A stretch of 64,000 bases of DNA from Chrysomallon squamiferum (GCA_012295275.1 CM022677.1:17980001-18044000), one strand, 5' to 3'; counted from the stretch's first letter, positions 41,902 to 57,020 are shown. Notes: a model not told the origin generated them from the letters alone. Numbers and translations: made by a program.

Positions 41902-42879
41902 CTTTATTCTGTCTCTGAACACAAATAATTAACTAACTTTACGGTCTCGTTATCATATTATAAAAACCTAATACATGTAATTATTCTTTAATTAGGAAAC
42001 ACGAAGTCCGTATTAGAATTAAAAATAAAGAAAACAAAAACCAAACAGACAAAAGGCCACAAGAATTATTTTAAGAGACATATTAAATTATTTAAAATTT
42101 AAACAGCAACATTAACACCATTATATAGCATCTTTTCAATGTCTGTGTACACTTTTTATCTTATTAAGCAGAATGTGAAGCTAAAAATCAAGTTAAACAC
42201 AAAGGAAGTCTATTCGTTTTTCTTCGACGTAATTAAATTTTCTTTCTAGATTATTCTTCGATAAGGCTGGCAGAGTGTAAATTTGACTCTATTAGGACTT
42301 GAATGAACGTCACAGCTTTTCTTATCAAATAAATAAGCCAGACTGTGACGACGTATTGGAAAATGTAAACTGATATTTGTTCTTTCAATCACGCAAATAA
42401 TCAAGAATCAAACAGTTTATAACGAAGTGGGGTGACCCGAAAAGTGAATGGAAAATAAACTGTGCCTGCTTTGTTATGATGGTGACGAAGAACGACGATG
42501 GCAACAACAACAGCAGTATACCAAAACAACAATTATTATTATTTTCATAATTATTACGAACATTTGTTGTTGTTGTTGTTATTATTTTCTTAATTATTAA
42601 GATAATACGTTGTTGTTGTTATAGTTATTAATAGTATTATTTTCATAATTATTACGAATATTTTTATTACTGTTATTATTATTATTATTATAACTGTTGT
42701 TGGTGTTGTTGTTTTTGTTATAATTATTATTACTTTAATCATCTTCGTTGCTGTTCTTGTTATTATTATTATTATTATTATTAATATCTTCATCATTATT
42801 TCTAATGGATCTATGCATGCACGTATGGATATTTATTTATGAATTTGAATTTGTGTAGGAATGAATATTCTTTGTCTTA

Positions 42880-43042
42880 TGTACGTCTGATTAGACTCTG
42901 CACATAGACAATATTCAGGAACGCACTGGCGCAGGAGGACAAAGTCCAATCACGACCTCACAAACCCGTCAGATGCCGCTGACGAGACTCGAACGTGTGA
43001 CTCTCCGAAGGCGGACGACGTTACCGTTCGGCCTTCAAGACA
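42880..43042 (-). mobile_element. Second tRNA-derived SINE (partial)
   Basis: On the minus strand: A-box-like ggccgaacggtaa and B-box gttcgagtc. A homologous body fragment lies at 45815-45898. Confidence 0.55.
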
Positions 43043-43526
43043 ACCTCGAGAAAAGTTTCTAAATAACCGAGAGTAATCATTGCTTCCCTTGGTTCTTTTG
43101 TCTTTCGTCGTTTTTTAGTGCATTGTTTTTTTTTTTTTTTTTTTTTTGGAGGGAAACCTGACACTGGCAGATATATATATATATATAGATAGATAAATAG
43201 ATAGATAGGTAGATAGATAGATATGAGAAAAAATTGTGTTATATTAAGTACATCTAACTTTTATTTCTTTTGCTAACATCGAGTGCATTCCTTTGATTTA
43301 TAATAATAATAATAATAATAATAATAACTGTCTTTGTGACATATAGTTATTTCTGTGATTGAAAACTCAATCAATGTAATTTCAGTTCAGCCATCGATAT
43401 TCTCCGTGCTAAACTCGTTAGAGAAAAAAACAAACGACACAGTATTGAGAAAACTGAAGTAATGAAAGAAAACAAGTGTATACCACTTACATATACACAT
43501 ACACCTACACATACACCTACACCTAC

Positions 43527-43561
<35 letters not shown>

Positions 43562-44201
43562 AGGGATGGAGAGAAGCATATACAATCAAAGAAAATATGC
43601 AGACATACACATGGATACACAGATAGATATATAGAAAGACAGACAAATATACTAGTAAACAAATAATATATATTCAAAAAATAAACTAGAAACTTAAACC
43701 TATAATGCTACACTGTGTAACAGAAATATCGAACTATGCTACTGTTACTACGACTGCTACTACTTCTACTACTGCTATTATTACTACTACTACCATTACA
43801 AGGAGTAATAATAGTAATAGTAATAATAATGGTAATAATAATAACAAAAAAAACAGTAATAATGAAATAATAACAACAACAATACAACAACAACACTATA
43901 ATGATAATAAGAATATTAATAGTAACAACAATAATAAAACAGTAATAATAATAACAATAACAACAACAATGATAATAACAACAATAATAATAATAACAAC
44001 ATAAACAACAACAACAATAATAACAACAACAGTAACAACAACAGTAATAATAATGATACTACTAATAACAACAACAATAACAATAACAACAACAATAATA
44101 ATAACAATAATAACAGCAATAAGATAGTGGTAGTAGTTATATTCTGTTCAATGTTTAGAAAACAAAAAACAAAAAAGAAAGAAACAAAAAAACCCGTCAA
44201 T

Positions 44202-45354
44202 TTAAAATCCTGCTTCCGAAACTGCTGTTGTCGAGGCTGTCGCGGTCGACATCTTGGAGGCAGCCGAGGCGGAGTTGAGACGCGACACATTCGTTGCTTG
44301 CTCTCGAGAACGTCTGATTAATGTCTGCAGAACACTCGAACTTCTCCTCAGCTTGACCTGTCTGAATCTCGTTCCCGTGGTGAACACGATACAGACTTTC
44401 TGAGCTAAACTGAGCAGGTAGATTAAAGTAAACATCGTGCAGAGCTTGTCCGCAGAGCCTCTCGGCTATGACGTCAGACGTGGTCAGTCTCAGTCCAGTG
44501 AAGACGCACGAATCAGTGACCGTTGACGTCAGGAAGGTCACACCAGGGCGAGAACGGAGAGGTCACGTGGACGTGTCTTGCATTCTGATTGGATCGAACT
44601 GTTAGTTTGGAGTCAGGAACGCGTCTCGGAACTGTTTGTTCTCTTCTGAATGCGGACTTGAACGTCAGGACGTTGAGGACGAATGTGCAGACGCACGGAT
44701 GTGTGGACGCAGTCGTCATGCGGGTTGTTAGGATGAGAAACCCAGATTCGGCGGACTCCGTTTGTGTTTTTCAGTTTCATGAACGCGAGAATCGGGACGT
44801 TTAGAATTAGCGTGAAGAGAACGAGAGACGAGCAGACGACCAGAGCTTTCGTTCATGCGCGTGCACAGCCTGTCACGTGTCACCGAAACACTCACGCAGA
44901 CGTATCAGCCAGGGGGGGGGGTAGAATCATCGGGGAAAAAAAATCGTAAAGTTACGAGAGCTTTACACCATTCATCGCTGATTCTTACGACTTGAGTTAC
45001 GTGAAGGCGAATTCTGCCTCTCTTCACAGTTCTACACACAGCAGCATTTCAGAGAGAGAAACTCAAAAACTTCACATCAGACTGAGTAGGACAAGGGAGA
45101 CAACTGTGAATCGCTCATCACAATAAACTGCAGTGCGTTTCGGATGGCTCCCAGTATACCAATGGTTTGTAGCAATTGCTGAAGTATTCTAAGCCTCGTA
45201 TATCGAAATCTGGCCACTCGTTTAAGACAGAACCGTTGTAGCTGTTGTCGTGAAAAGACGTTTCGTTTCCTAAGTAATCTGCAGCCGTCGATAACGACGT
45301 TGTTGTTTCGTCAGCTAGAAACGACGTTGACGTCATGTCCGGTGTTGTATTCAT
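44202..45354 (-). pseudogene. Frameshifted GPCR pseudogene (psi-GPCR-3), closest to GPCR-4
   Basis: Stitching frames gives MNTT...PLVYW / LGAIRNALQFIVMSDSQLSPLSYSV* / KFLSFS / YVCVSVSVTRDRLCTRM / KALVVCSSLVLFTLILNVPIL / RMTTASTHPCVCTFVLNVLT / VRIQKR / TRPRDLSVLALV / TFLTSTVTDSCV / MFTLIYLLSLAQ. This is collinear with TM1-TM7 of GPCR-4. There are many indels, in-frame stops and deletions in TM1 and before DRY. A ctttccag acceptor lies at 45372-45373. Confidence 0.9.
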
Positions 45355-45581
45355 CTACGTCATTCTCTCGTCTGGAAAGAAATTAATTTTTCTTTTCTTT
45401 GTTTTTATAGCAAGAACTGAAAATAATTTATTCATAATGAAGTAGTACATGATGATGAAAATAAAATTAATATTGAGATCGTTAATTTATTATATGATAG
45501 AATGTGACACTGTGAATTTTCTTATATGTATAGTATGTGAATACTGTGAATATATTTATTATATGTATATAGAGAATGTTA

Positions 45582-45612
<31 letters not shown>

Positions 45613-45707
45613 TAGGGCATGAATGTCTATGGATACGTATATATGTATTTATTTATGTGTATATATTTTATATTTATATATTTTGTTTATATATTTAAAT
45701 ATGTTTG

Positions 45708-45752
<45 letters not shown>

Positions 45753-45814
45753 TTACATTGTTTATGTATATGTATGTATGTATGTCTTTTAGGATTTTAA
45801 CATTCTCTCTCTCG

Positions 45815-45898
45815 TGTACCTCTGGTTAAATAAACTCTGCACAAAGACAAAATTCGGGAACGCACTGACACAGGACAAAGACCAGTCACAACCTCACA
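45815..45898 (-). mobile_element. Fragment of the second SINE family
   Basis: actctgcacaaagacaaaattcgggaacgcactgac...cacaacctcaca aligns to 42895-42962. Confidence 0.5.
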
Positions 45899-46714
45899 TG
45901 TATATGTATGAATATGTGTATGTATGTATGTGTATGTATGTGTATGTATGTATATGTGTATGTATATATTTATATATATGTGTATGTATGTATATGTGTG
46001 TATACGTATTCTGGATTTGCATGTTTGTATATATGTATGCATGTGTGTGCGTATATGTATATTTGTGTATTTGTATATTTATGTATAAATGTATGTATGC
46101 ATGTATATATTTATATATATATATATATCTATCTGTCTATCTGTCTGTATGTCTGTCTATCTATCTATCTATCTATCTATTTGTCTAACTGTCTATGAAT
46201 ATATCTACCTGTCTGTCTGTCTGTCTGTTTGTGTGTGTGTTCACGTAATAATAATAATACATGTTGTTTTGATGTAATATCTTTCTAATGATCCCAGGTG
46301 TCAAAAAGTGCAGTTAATACAGAAATTTTAAATTTAAGATTTTTTTTGTCTCAGATGAGTCTCTAGTTCATCCACTGATATCTCGAATACTCTGTAACGA
46401 GGTGTCAGGTGGCTTGTGTGTTAACAGAGGAAGAAGTAACAGTTCCCTGACGTGGTGTGATGTTTGTTGCAGCACGCCTGTAATGTCTTTCAGTTGGATG
46501 TAGGGACTCGTTAAGTAAAACTGGTTATTAACTGAAGAAGATGAGCGATGTTTCTTTAACAGGCGAAATGAGAGAAAGCGGGTGTTCGGATCGATATAAT
46601 TAACAGTAGATAGGCAGATCTGTCTGTCTGTCTGTATGTCTATATGTCCGTCTGTCTGTCTATCTGTCTGTCTATCTCTCTATTTGTCTGTCTGTCTATC
46701 TGTCTGTCTATCTA

Positions 46715-46745
<31 letters not shown>

Positions 46746-46896
46746 TCTATCTATCTATGTATCTATAAGTGTCTGTGTGTGTCTGTCTGTCTATCTATAT
46801 GACTAACTGTCTGTCTGTATATGTGTCTGTACATCTGTCTGTCTGTCTGTCTACGGATAAACACATAGATATAAAAAAACATGACATACATAACTG

Positions 46897-46927
<31 letters not shown>

Positions 46928-47516
46928 ACACATACACACATACATGCATACATACATTCATACATTCATTCATTTATACATGCATACATACATTCATTCA
47001 TGTATATATATATGGGAAATACAATGTATAACTAAGCGATGGAAAGACGAACAGACAAATGCATGTACAGACAGACCAGCAGACAGCTAACTGTAATAGC
47101 AAAATCAAACATATAGATAGAAACAGAAGGATTTTTTGACAGCTGATGCAAGAATATATCTGACACACGAGTATGAATAACCGATGAAATTCTAGAGCCG
47201 TGTATTTCTTACAACGCATTTAAATTCACCACGCTTTCGTTCAAGGAACAGTTACCTACCTACCTTGGAAAGAAAACACCTTGGAAAGGTGTCAATCAAT
47301 TAAGTTATGCGAATTAGCTAATGACTGCCAGTTTTCGAATGCGTCGTTTTAATTTGTCGAACAAAGAAACTTTATATGTGTGATCGTTAAATTCTACGCT
47401 TGCCTCCGAAGATGTAATTTGCAGAGATCGTGATAAGAAGTGATAAATATTTTTTTTTTTTGTTACCAAATTATGTTAAATATACTTATACTGAAATGTA
47501 TAATAAGGGAGGGAGG

Positions 47517-47915
<399 letters not shown>

Positions 47916-48524
47916 ATAAGGATAATAGAAAGCGGTATGCGTGTAATATATATTTTTTTTAAACCAAACGATCAAACAAATAATTAGCAGGAAGTATACT
48001 AGAATACAATTAGTCTATATATCGAGTGTTTTTGTTTTTTTATAGTTTTGATTCTCTTTCAATGACGTAGAACAGAGAACCTAAACTCATTACAATTGTA
48101 TATCGATAATACTTCCGTCTTACACTTTAAGAATGAATGGTAATGAACGTGATGTTGAAACGGACCGTATAATTATATATATATATTTTTATTAAACCTG
48201 TTTATGTCGTGTACTTTTAAATTCTCTGTCTATCAAACAGTGACAAAATATCAGTATAATTTGTATAGTAATAAGACATAAAAGCAACTGAGACTATATT
48301 AATCAGTCAGCTGATTGTGTCAAGTTTAGAGGAAATGAAATATGTGTGTGACGATGTCTATTTTTATTATTATTGTTATTATTATTATAATCATTATTAT
48401 TATTATTAATATTATTACTACTACTGTTATTGTTATTTTTATTATTACTACTATTATCATTATTGTTATAATTATTTTTATTATTATAATTCTTCTTCTT
48501 CTTCTTCTTCTTATTATTAGTAGT

Positions 48525-48820
48525 AGTATTTACTTTTTATTTCTATTTATTTCTATATATATTTTTTGTTTGTTGTTGTTGTAAATTTAATACGACATTT
48601 AAGCTGCAAAATTATTAAGTTTTATGAATTCATAAATCAGTTTAGTATGTAATTTCCTTTGTACTTTTCCTACGACATACGAAAATAAATCAAATGACAG
48701 AGAAAGACAGCACAACATCAAACTTACACACAAGGGACAGAACAAAGATTTACCGTGAAAAACAGATATATCTGTATGTAACGGGTATTGAATGTGTATG
48801 TGTGTATGCAATTACATATG
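48525..48820. repeat. Module C copy upstream of psi-GPCR-3
   Basis: Same block, same orientation as 4700. Confidence 0.85.
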
Positions 48821-49147
48821 TATGTGTTTGTGTGCGTGTCTCTGTGTCTGTGTGCGTGTTTTTGTGTGTGTTTTTGTGTGGGTGTGAGAGTGCGCGTATG
48901 CATTTTCTCATAAAATGTTGTTAATTTTATAAAAATAACAAGACTTTCTTAAACATCTATCGAAGCATTTCGGTATAAATCAGAAAAGAATGAAATGATA
49001 TCATATTAAATAATATTAATGAAAATGAAAATGTATAAATACTTAAGATGATGAAATAATATTGTTATTACAAATACCTCTAATCCGAATGCTGATAATA
49101 ATAATAATAATAATAAAGATAATAATAATAACAATAATAAATATAAT

Positions 49148-49208
<61 letters not shown>

Positions 49209-49311
49209 GAAAAACATTACGAACAAAATTAAAAGCAAGTTATAGTTCTAGATTTTTTTTGGTACAGCTTGTGACATTTTTTCTCGACAAAGTAAAAACT
49301 TGTCATCTATC

Positions 49312-49965
49312 TACCATTAATTACTAATTAACTAATTACTGATACTTATATACTTAACCTGCTTTGATAGAAAATAAAATATTAAAAAAATGAAAAAAAA
49401 GCGCAAAAGCATTAGACAATCTTACTTACTTGTAAAAGCGAAACGCACATTAAACTTACTATACTTTTTTAACACAGTGATATGACACACGTAAAATTTA
49501 ACTATTAAAATAACTCAACAAAAAAAAAAAATTAAATCAATATAAATTCCCGTCCTTATATGCTGTCCATTCGCACAGGCTAACATTTTTTACATTATTC
49601 TTTTTTTTTTTAATTATTATTTTTTTTATTATAATGCAACAGACATGTTTAATTAATAACATTCTACAATACGCCGCGATAAAACGTTATTTTTAATTTT
49701 AAAATTTTAAAATAATTTTTTTCCTAGCGAAGCTGCTAAGGGTAAAAAAAAAAAAGAAAAAAAAAAAAAAAAAAAAAAAAAAGAAAGAAAAAGAAAATGA
49801 CGTTTTCTTTCATCACGTTAATAAGCCGATTCATGAGCTGGTAAAAGTTTCGTATTAAAACGCAAGACTGGCTTATTGTTGTGTGTTTGTTAATCATTTT
49901 CACGAAGCAGGAAAATTAACTAAGCAGAATATGAAGAAGTCGTGTGTTCTTGAAGATTTAACTTT
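49312..49965 (-). promoter_or_regulatory. Module B (copy 3, upstream of psi-GPCR-3)
   Basis: Donor at 49424-49429. The core at 49795-49965 differs from copy 1 at only ~9 positions by manual comparison. Confidence 0.55.
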
Positions 49966-50314
49966 CAGGATGTTCATTATAGATTATTTCTTTGTTATTT
50001 TTTGATTTTTTAATTTATTTAATTTTTAATTTGCAATGAAACAAACGTACCTTACACATGTTACCCAAACATAATTCAAAGAAAAAAGAAATGCTTGTAA
50101 TATTCTTTTGTGTTGTATTTGAGGGTGGGGTTTGTGTGTGTGCGTGTGTGTGTGTGCGTCTGTGTATATGTGTATATGTATCTATGTCTATCCAACCACC
50201 CGTCCTTCTGTATATATATATGACTATCTATCTATCTGTCTGTCTCTCTATCTATCTAAATATCCATCTATCTATCTATCTATCTATCTGTCTGTCTGTC
50301 TGTCTGTCTGTCTG

Positions 50315-50397
<83 letters not shown>

Positions 50398-50404
50398 CTA
50401 TCTA

Positions 50405-50448
<44 letters not shown>

Positions 50449-52249
50449 GTATCTCTCTATGTTTCTGTCAGACCGTCTGTCTGTTTTCTATCTGTCTAGC
50501 CATCCTTCCATCTATCTGTGTGTGTGTGATCTGTATATCTATTTATCCTGAAATGCAAATTTACGACATACGTACTATGAACTCTGAATTAAAAACAATT
50601 TTTTTAATGAGAAGAAATCACATGTTCCCTAAGTCTTTCTAGATTAATTTGCACATTGAAGTTTCACACACACACGTAGACACACACACACACACACAAA
50701 AAACACACACGTACACGTACACACACGCACACACACACACTCACAAACACACACACACACACACACACACACGTACACGTACACACACACAGAAACGTAC
50801 ACACACACACTGATAGCATGTTGTTATATTATTTTTCATGGGATCTCCGCCGTGTTATAATTAAACTTTTATTTTGTCTAGACGTCAGAAATTCATTAAG
50901 TATGACTTCCTTTCTGTTTTAATTCAGTTTTCATCAGTAATCTTACGTGTTTTTTTGTTTTTTTGCTTTTTGTTGTTAGTGTTTTGTTTCTTCTTTTTGT
51001 ATTTGTCCTTCTTTTCTTTCTTCTTCTTCTACTTGTTCTTGTTCTTCTTCTTCTTCTTCTTTATTATTATTATTTTCTTAATTTGATGTTGTTTTTAATG
51101 TTATATACTTATTTTATTTTATTTTATATTTGCTATTTATTTATATTTTCTTTTTTTTTTTGCATATACACTTATCCACTTTATTTATCAGCTAGTATTT
51201 TATTAATTTTTCAAATATATCTAACATAATAAATAAAAATGTGAAAAATTAAATATGAAATAGAAACTGATGTCAGATAATGAAGATGTGAAAGATGTTT
51301 CAAATAGACTCAGCCTTTGTAGATTTTTTCATATGATAGACGGAGGCAATAAATTAATCTGTACATAAAAACAACAACACACAACACACATACCAATATA
51401 TATATACACACACACACACATACACACACATATAAATAAACACACACAGACACACACACACACACACATATATGTATATATGTATGTATGTATATGTATA
51501 TGTGTGTGTGTGTATGCAACTACTACTACTGTACTTGTGACCTTCACCCATACTGATTAGAGAGGTTTGGAGCAGTAGTTAAAAAGTTAAAAAGTAGCTT
51601 TTGACAATTTTAGGTAATTTGTTTGTGTGTTTTGGTTACAGTTTAATATTGAGGTGATGCTACACATTTCATCGATCCTGTGAATGTTTGTGTTTTCTGT
51701 TAGTAATTTCTTTTGACTTTTAAATAAAAACAGTTTTAGTTGATCAATCATGTAGTCCTCGTGGTACACTCGGCTAACATAATGAAACCATAGAGAATGA
51801 GGACAGTGTGTTGGAAATCTAATTTACCTCTTTAGTTTATTACAGTACGGGCATCGGATGAAATTTATGACAAGAACTGAAAAAAATATAAATAATAATA
51901 ATAATGAAATAAAATAAAATAAAAAAATAAAATAAAAGGACAATATTGGGTGGCTTATTGGTTCCTTACCCAGGGGCCCGATGAGACATCACACACCCTG
52001 TTGCGTGGGTGTGTCCCACTACAGTTTTGTTGAAGGCAGCAACCTATCAAACTCTATATTGTAATCAACAGCAAAAATGTTTCTGTAAGCAGCAACAGCA
52101 TTTCAGTCAACAGCTATCAAGGGTCAAAGCTCGCCAGTTTTCCTTGTGTAACATAAAATGAAGAATTTATATGGAAATGAAAATAAATAATTGAAGATAA
52201 TGCTTTATTTTGCATCGATCCAACAATAAAAAGGAAAAAAGATAACACA

Positions 52250-52283
<34 letters not shown>

Positions 52284-52831
52284 CAAACACATGCATACAA
52301 ACATACATACGTATAAATATATTAATACACATAATTGATTGTAAGGCTATTCCTTGAATTCAAGCAACAATGCAAACATCAAAAGTAATACCATTACTAC
52401 TACAGTTATTGCCACCACCTCTACCACTACCACTGCTATTACTCTACTACTACGACTGCTGTCACTACTATTACTACTACTCTACTACAACTACTACTAT
52501 TACTTCTCCAGTACTACTACTACAACTATTGCTATGTGAACTTCTACTCCTACTACTAAGAAAATACAGAAATAAACATGTGTATTAAAACATTTATAAA
52601 TTAAATAAAATAGAACTATTGTTTTCCATTGCAAACTTTCACATCTACTTCGGTTAGTAAACACTTTACCGTTATCATCTGTTTCTCTTTCTTTTTCTTA
52701 ATATCTCTCTTTCTCTCTTTGTCTCTCAGTCTCTCTGTCTTTCATTTTTTTCTTCTTTCATTCGCTCTGACGCTTTCTCTGTTTCTCTTTCACTCTTTTT
52801 TTTCTCTCTCTTCATATCAATCTCTCTTTCT

Positions 52832-52925
<94 letters not shown>

Positions 52926-53141
52926 CATATATTTATGTGAATCAGAACTTACACTTTAATCAAATTATTATTTTTTTACTCAGTAAACGATAACAATAAC
53001 AGATATTTTATTTACGTAGATTTAAAAAACTCACAATATCTGTTAACTTCTATATTTTAAGACTGCTTACGTAGCAAAATAGATAACATTTCTTTCACTG
53101 ATTTCCAAACGAACATGAAAAAAAAAAAAAAAAAAAAAAAA

Positions 53142-54287
53142 TCAAAAATCAAAAAAAAAGTCATCGAGAGAGGTCGTCGACACATTGGAACCACACGACA
53201 TCTTCACGTCGTCAGAGGCTGGAACACCACTCATCCTCTGCTCACGTGGTCCTCCTCCTCGTCTTCTTTTTTGTTTAGCCACGAAGTGGAAACACGCCAA
53301 CTTCTCCGACATAATCTCTCGATAGCTCCTGGCACTGCCAAACAAGATGTAGAAGTTCTGAGCGAAGTTGAGCAGGTAGACCAAGTTGAACAGAGGCCAG
53401 AGGTTGCTGGCCAGCTTAGCCTCGATGCTGGTCGATCCAGTGACGAAGAAGCCAGTGTCCACGCAGTCGGACACTGTGGCCGGCAAGATGGTCACCAGAG
53501 CCAGGACTGAGACGAGAAGAAGAGGACGAGTGGAGCTAGCAACGTCAGCGGCAACGGCGGTGGTGGTCGAGTTCATCACGAACGTGCTTCTGAACCGTCT
53601 GCTCCTCTGGATTCTGATCACGGTGAGGACGTTGAGGAGTAAGATGCAGACGCAGGGGACGGTGGACGCGACGGCGAGGCGGATGCTGACGATGATGAAC
53701 CCCGTCTCCTCGGTCGTGACGCAGTGGCCGTCCTCCACGCGGAAGAGGACGAGCAGAGGCACGCAGAGGACCACCGTCGTCAGAAGGACCGAGCAGCAGA
53801 AGACCCGCGCCTTCGCGCGCGTGCAGAACCTGTCACGTGACAGCGGGAAGCTGACGCAGACGTAGCGGTCGAGAGCGAGGCCGGCTATGAACCAAGGGGA
53901 GACGACCACGGGGAAGAGTCGGAGGCAGTTGAGCGTTTTGCAGAGAAAGTCGTTGACGTCGACGGGGCTGGGAACGTTGAACTGGAACTCGGATTCCCGG
54001 TACAGCTCCACGCCCAACAGCAGAGTGTCCGAGAAGCTCAAAAACTTCATATAGACTGAGTACGAAAAACACGACAGCCTCGAGTCGTTCATCAGGACGA
54101 ATTGCAGGGCGTTCCCCGCCGCACCCAGGAACGCGATGGTCAGGACGAGGCTCCAGTAGACGGGGCCGCGGAGGTTGAAGAGTTGGCCGGTGTCGTCGTT
54201 CACGTCGGAGTCGTTCCCGTAGCTGGAGATGTCCGTGGTGCCGATGTGTTTAGGTGTTGAGTTCAGAAGTATTGATGATTCGTTCAT
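53142..54287 (-). CDS. Class A GPCR, divergent member of the same family (GPCR-4), 381 aa
   Basis: VYW...GNALQF, LSFSD, C at the top of TM3, DRY, a Cys in ECL2, STRPL, NFAQNFYIL and N-terminal sequons. ATG context is CAACCATG, with a pyrimidine-rich tcttcag acceptor at 54325-54326. Confidence 0.94.
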   Translation of the reverse strand: MNESSILLNSTPKHIGTTDISSYGNDSDVNDDTGQLFNLRGPVYWSLVLTIAFLGAAGNALQFVLMNDSRLSCFSYSVYMKFLSFSDTLLLGVELYRESEFQFNVPSPVDVNDFLCKTLNCLRLFPVVVSPWFIAGLALDRYVCVSFPLSRDRFCTRAKARVFCCSVLLTTVVLCVPLLVLFRVEDGHCVTTEETGFIIVSIRLAVASTVPCVCILLLNVLTVIRIQRSRRFRSTFVMNSTTTAVAADVASSTRPLLLVSVLALVTILPATVSDCVDTGFFVTGSTSIEAKLASNLWPLFNLVYLLNFAQNFYILFGSARSYREIMSEKLACFHFVAKQKRRRGGGPREQRMSGVPASDDVKMSCGSNVSTTSLDDFFFDF

Positions 54288-54370
54288 GGTTGATTATGAG
54301 GTTGGTTTTCGTATGATGGTTTTTCTGAAGACAAAAAAAGAAAAAAAAAAACAAAGGAAAGGTGATGATG

Positions 54371-54455
<85 letters not shown>

Positions 54456-54515
54456 GACAAAGAAAGCGGTGTATCTCTAATATAGTTTTTGAAACGCAAA
54501 TAATTATTGGGAGAT

Positions 54516-54620
<105 letters not shown>

Positions 54621-55274
54621 AACAGAGAGAGATAGAGAGAGAGAGAGCGAGAGGGCAATATCAGTGGACAGACGCACGAAAAAAGAGATACAGTCATGGG
54701 ATACAGAAACAAAGACAGAAACAAAGAAGAAGCGAGAAAGAGAGATAGAAAGAGAGACAGAAACAGATACAGTGAGAGACAACGAGAAAAAGAGAAAAAG
54801 AGACAGCTTCATTCATCGAGAAACAATAAATCAACGAAAACCAGCTAAATTAAACAAATACAGAAAAGAAAAGGAAAGCGTTTTACATCAGATCTGCGTG
54901 ATACACAGCATAAATGATTCCTGTTTTTAGCCAGTCTGTTGACAAATTTGGAATCAGTTACTTTTTATTGCATTTGAGTAATGCTAATGGACGGACACTA
55001 AAAACAGTAAAATCTACTTTTTATTACTTAATCAAGAGCTTTAATGCATTAAGTCGCCTTTGTTTTTCTAATTTACTTTCAGATATATATATATATTTTT
55101 AGGAAGACAGATAGACAGAGAGAGAAAGCAGAAAGGAAGTAAGGGAAAAAGAAGAAGAAAGAGAGAAAGAAAGAGAGTGAGAGAGCGAGAGAAAAACACT
55201 AAGAAATACAAATTTGTAGAGACAGTGAAAGAAACAGTGAGAAAAAGAGAGACAGAAATAGAAATGGATATGTA

Positions 55275-55313
<39 letters not shown>

Positions 55314-55322
55314 GAGAGAGAT

Positions 55323-55414
<92 letters not shown>

Positions 55415-55845
55415 TTGAAACGTTACCTATCAATGCAGATATATATTCGCTTTTAAGAATCTTATTATTATTGTTACGAATTCTGAAGGAAAACTAAAAT
55501 ACTGTCTGACTCTACATGAGAAGTGAGTTTTCTTTATTAAGACTACGGATTAATAAACATTAATATCTGAAAACTATACATGTAACTGAAAGTTCTTTAT
55601 GTAAATTATATAAAAAAAAATATGTATATGCACCCGATTAAACAAAGAAAGAAAATAACAAATAAAGTATTTAAATAAATAAACAAGCAACTATGATTAA
55701 AATATTAAGTAAGTAATAAAAATACGATAATATAATATAATATGAAATACAGAAAAAGAAAGAAAAAAGAAAGAATGAAGGAAAGAAACAAAATAAGTAA
55801 ATAAACAAGCAAATAACTAACTAACTAACTAACTGACTGACTGAA

Positions 55846-55900
<55 letters not shown>

Positions 55901-56154
55901 ACATTCTATCATACCTATATTTTACGAAGCTATATACGTGAGATTTGGCAAATAAAATTAATAAACACTCTTACCATGAACTACCACTCACTTTCGACTT
56001 GGAAAAATAATTTAAAATTACAGCTTATATGAGTAGGGAGAGTGTCCAGTCGTGTTGATTGTTATAACGAACTAGCGAATCAAATTCACTGTTACATATT
56101 TAGAAGAAAAAAAAATAATAATAAGAAATAATAATAATCATAAAAAAAAATGTT

Positions 56155-56345
56155 GCCGTTAATCAAAATCCTTATAAGCTTGCTGGTAAGAATTAATTGA
56201 AAAATGACGTTTCCTTTCACCACGTTTATAAGCCATTACATGAACATATGATAAATCTTCTTTAATTAAAATAGGGAAAATGCACTCTTCGCATAAACTG
56301 TAATCTTAATTTGAAGACGCTAAATGCAATTCGAAATATTGTTAT
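56155..56345. promoter_or_regulatory. Conserved non-coding module A (copy 2)
   Basis: gttaatcaaa...aaaatgacgtttcctttcaccacgtttataagcc...tttaattaaaatag, upstream of GPCR-4. Confidence 0.55.
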
Positions 56346-56644
56346 GATGAATCTCTGACATACTTGTGAATTATTATTATCATCATCGTTATTATTATTA
56401 CTATTATTATTATTATTTATATTATTATTTAATTATTATTAAAATTATTATTATTATTATCTATGTATTATTACTATTATTATTATTATTATTTTTATTA
56501 TTACTATTATTATTATTATTACTTTTATTATTACTAGTATTATTATTATTATTATTATTTTATTATTACTATTATTATTATTACTATTATTATTTCTATT
56601 ATTATTATTATTATTACTATTATTATTATTATTATTATTATTAC

Positions 56645-56734
<90 letters not shown>

Positions 56735-56735
<1 letters not shown>

Positions 56736-57020
56736 TACTTTTTATTTTTATTGATTTCTATACATATATTTTCTTGTTGTTGTAAATTTAATACGACATT
56801 TAAGTTGCAAAATTATTAAGGTTTATGAATTCATAAATCAGTTTCGTATTTAATTTTCTTTTTCACTTACGAAGACGTAGGAAAATAAATCAAATGACAA
56901 AGAAAGACAGCACAACATCAAACTTACACACAAGGGACAGAACAACAGATTTACCGAGAGAAACAGATTTATGTGTATGTAACGGGTATTGAGTGTGTAT
57001 GTGTGTATGCAATTACATAT
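56735..57020. repeat. Module C copy upstream of GPCR-4
   Basis: Same block, same orientation as 4700. Confidence 0.85.

Noticed and set aside
42975-43042. Possible tRNA gene
   Set aside because: A and B boxes are present, but no cloverleaf could be built and the sequence continues into a repeated body, so it is a SINE head.
45118-45354. Independent 78-aa small protein, or a GPCR start interrupted by a transposon
   Set aside because: The downstream sequence continues as GPCR TM1-TM7 in shifted frames, so this is the pseudogene 5' end after a deletion.
53115-54072. Overlapping ORFs of 131, 159 and 79 aa
   Set aside because: These are antisense or alternate-frame shadows of the GC-rich GPCR-4.
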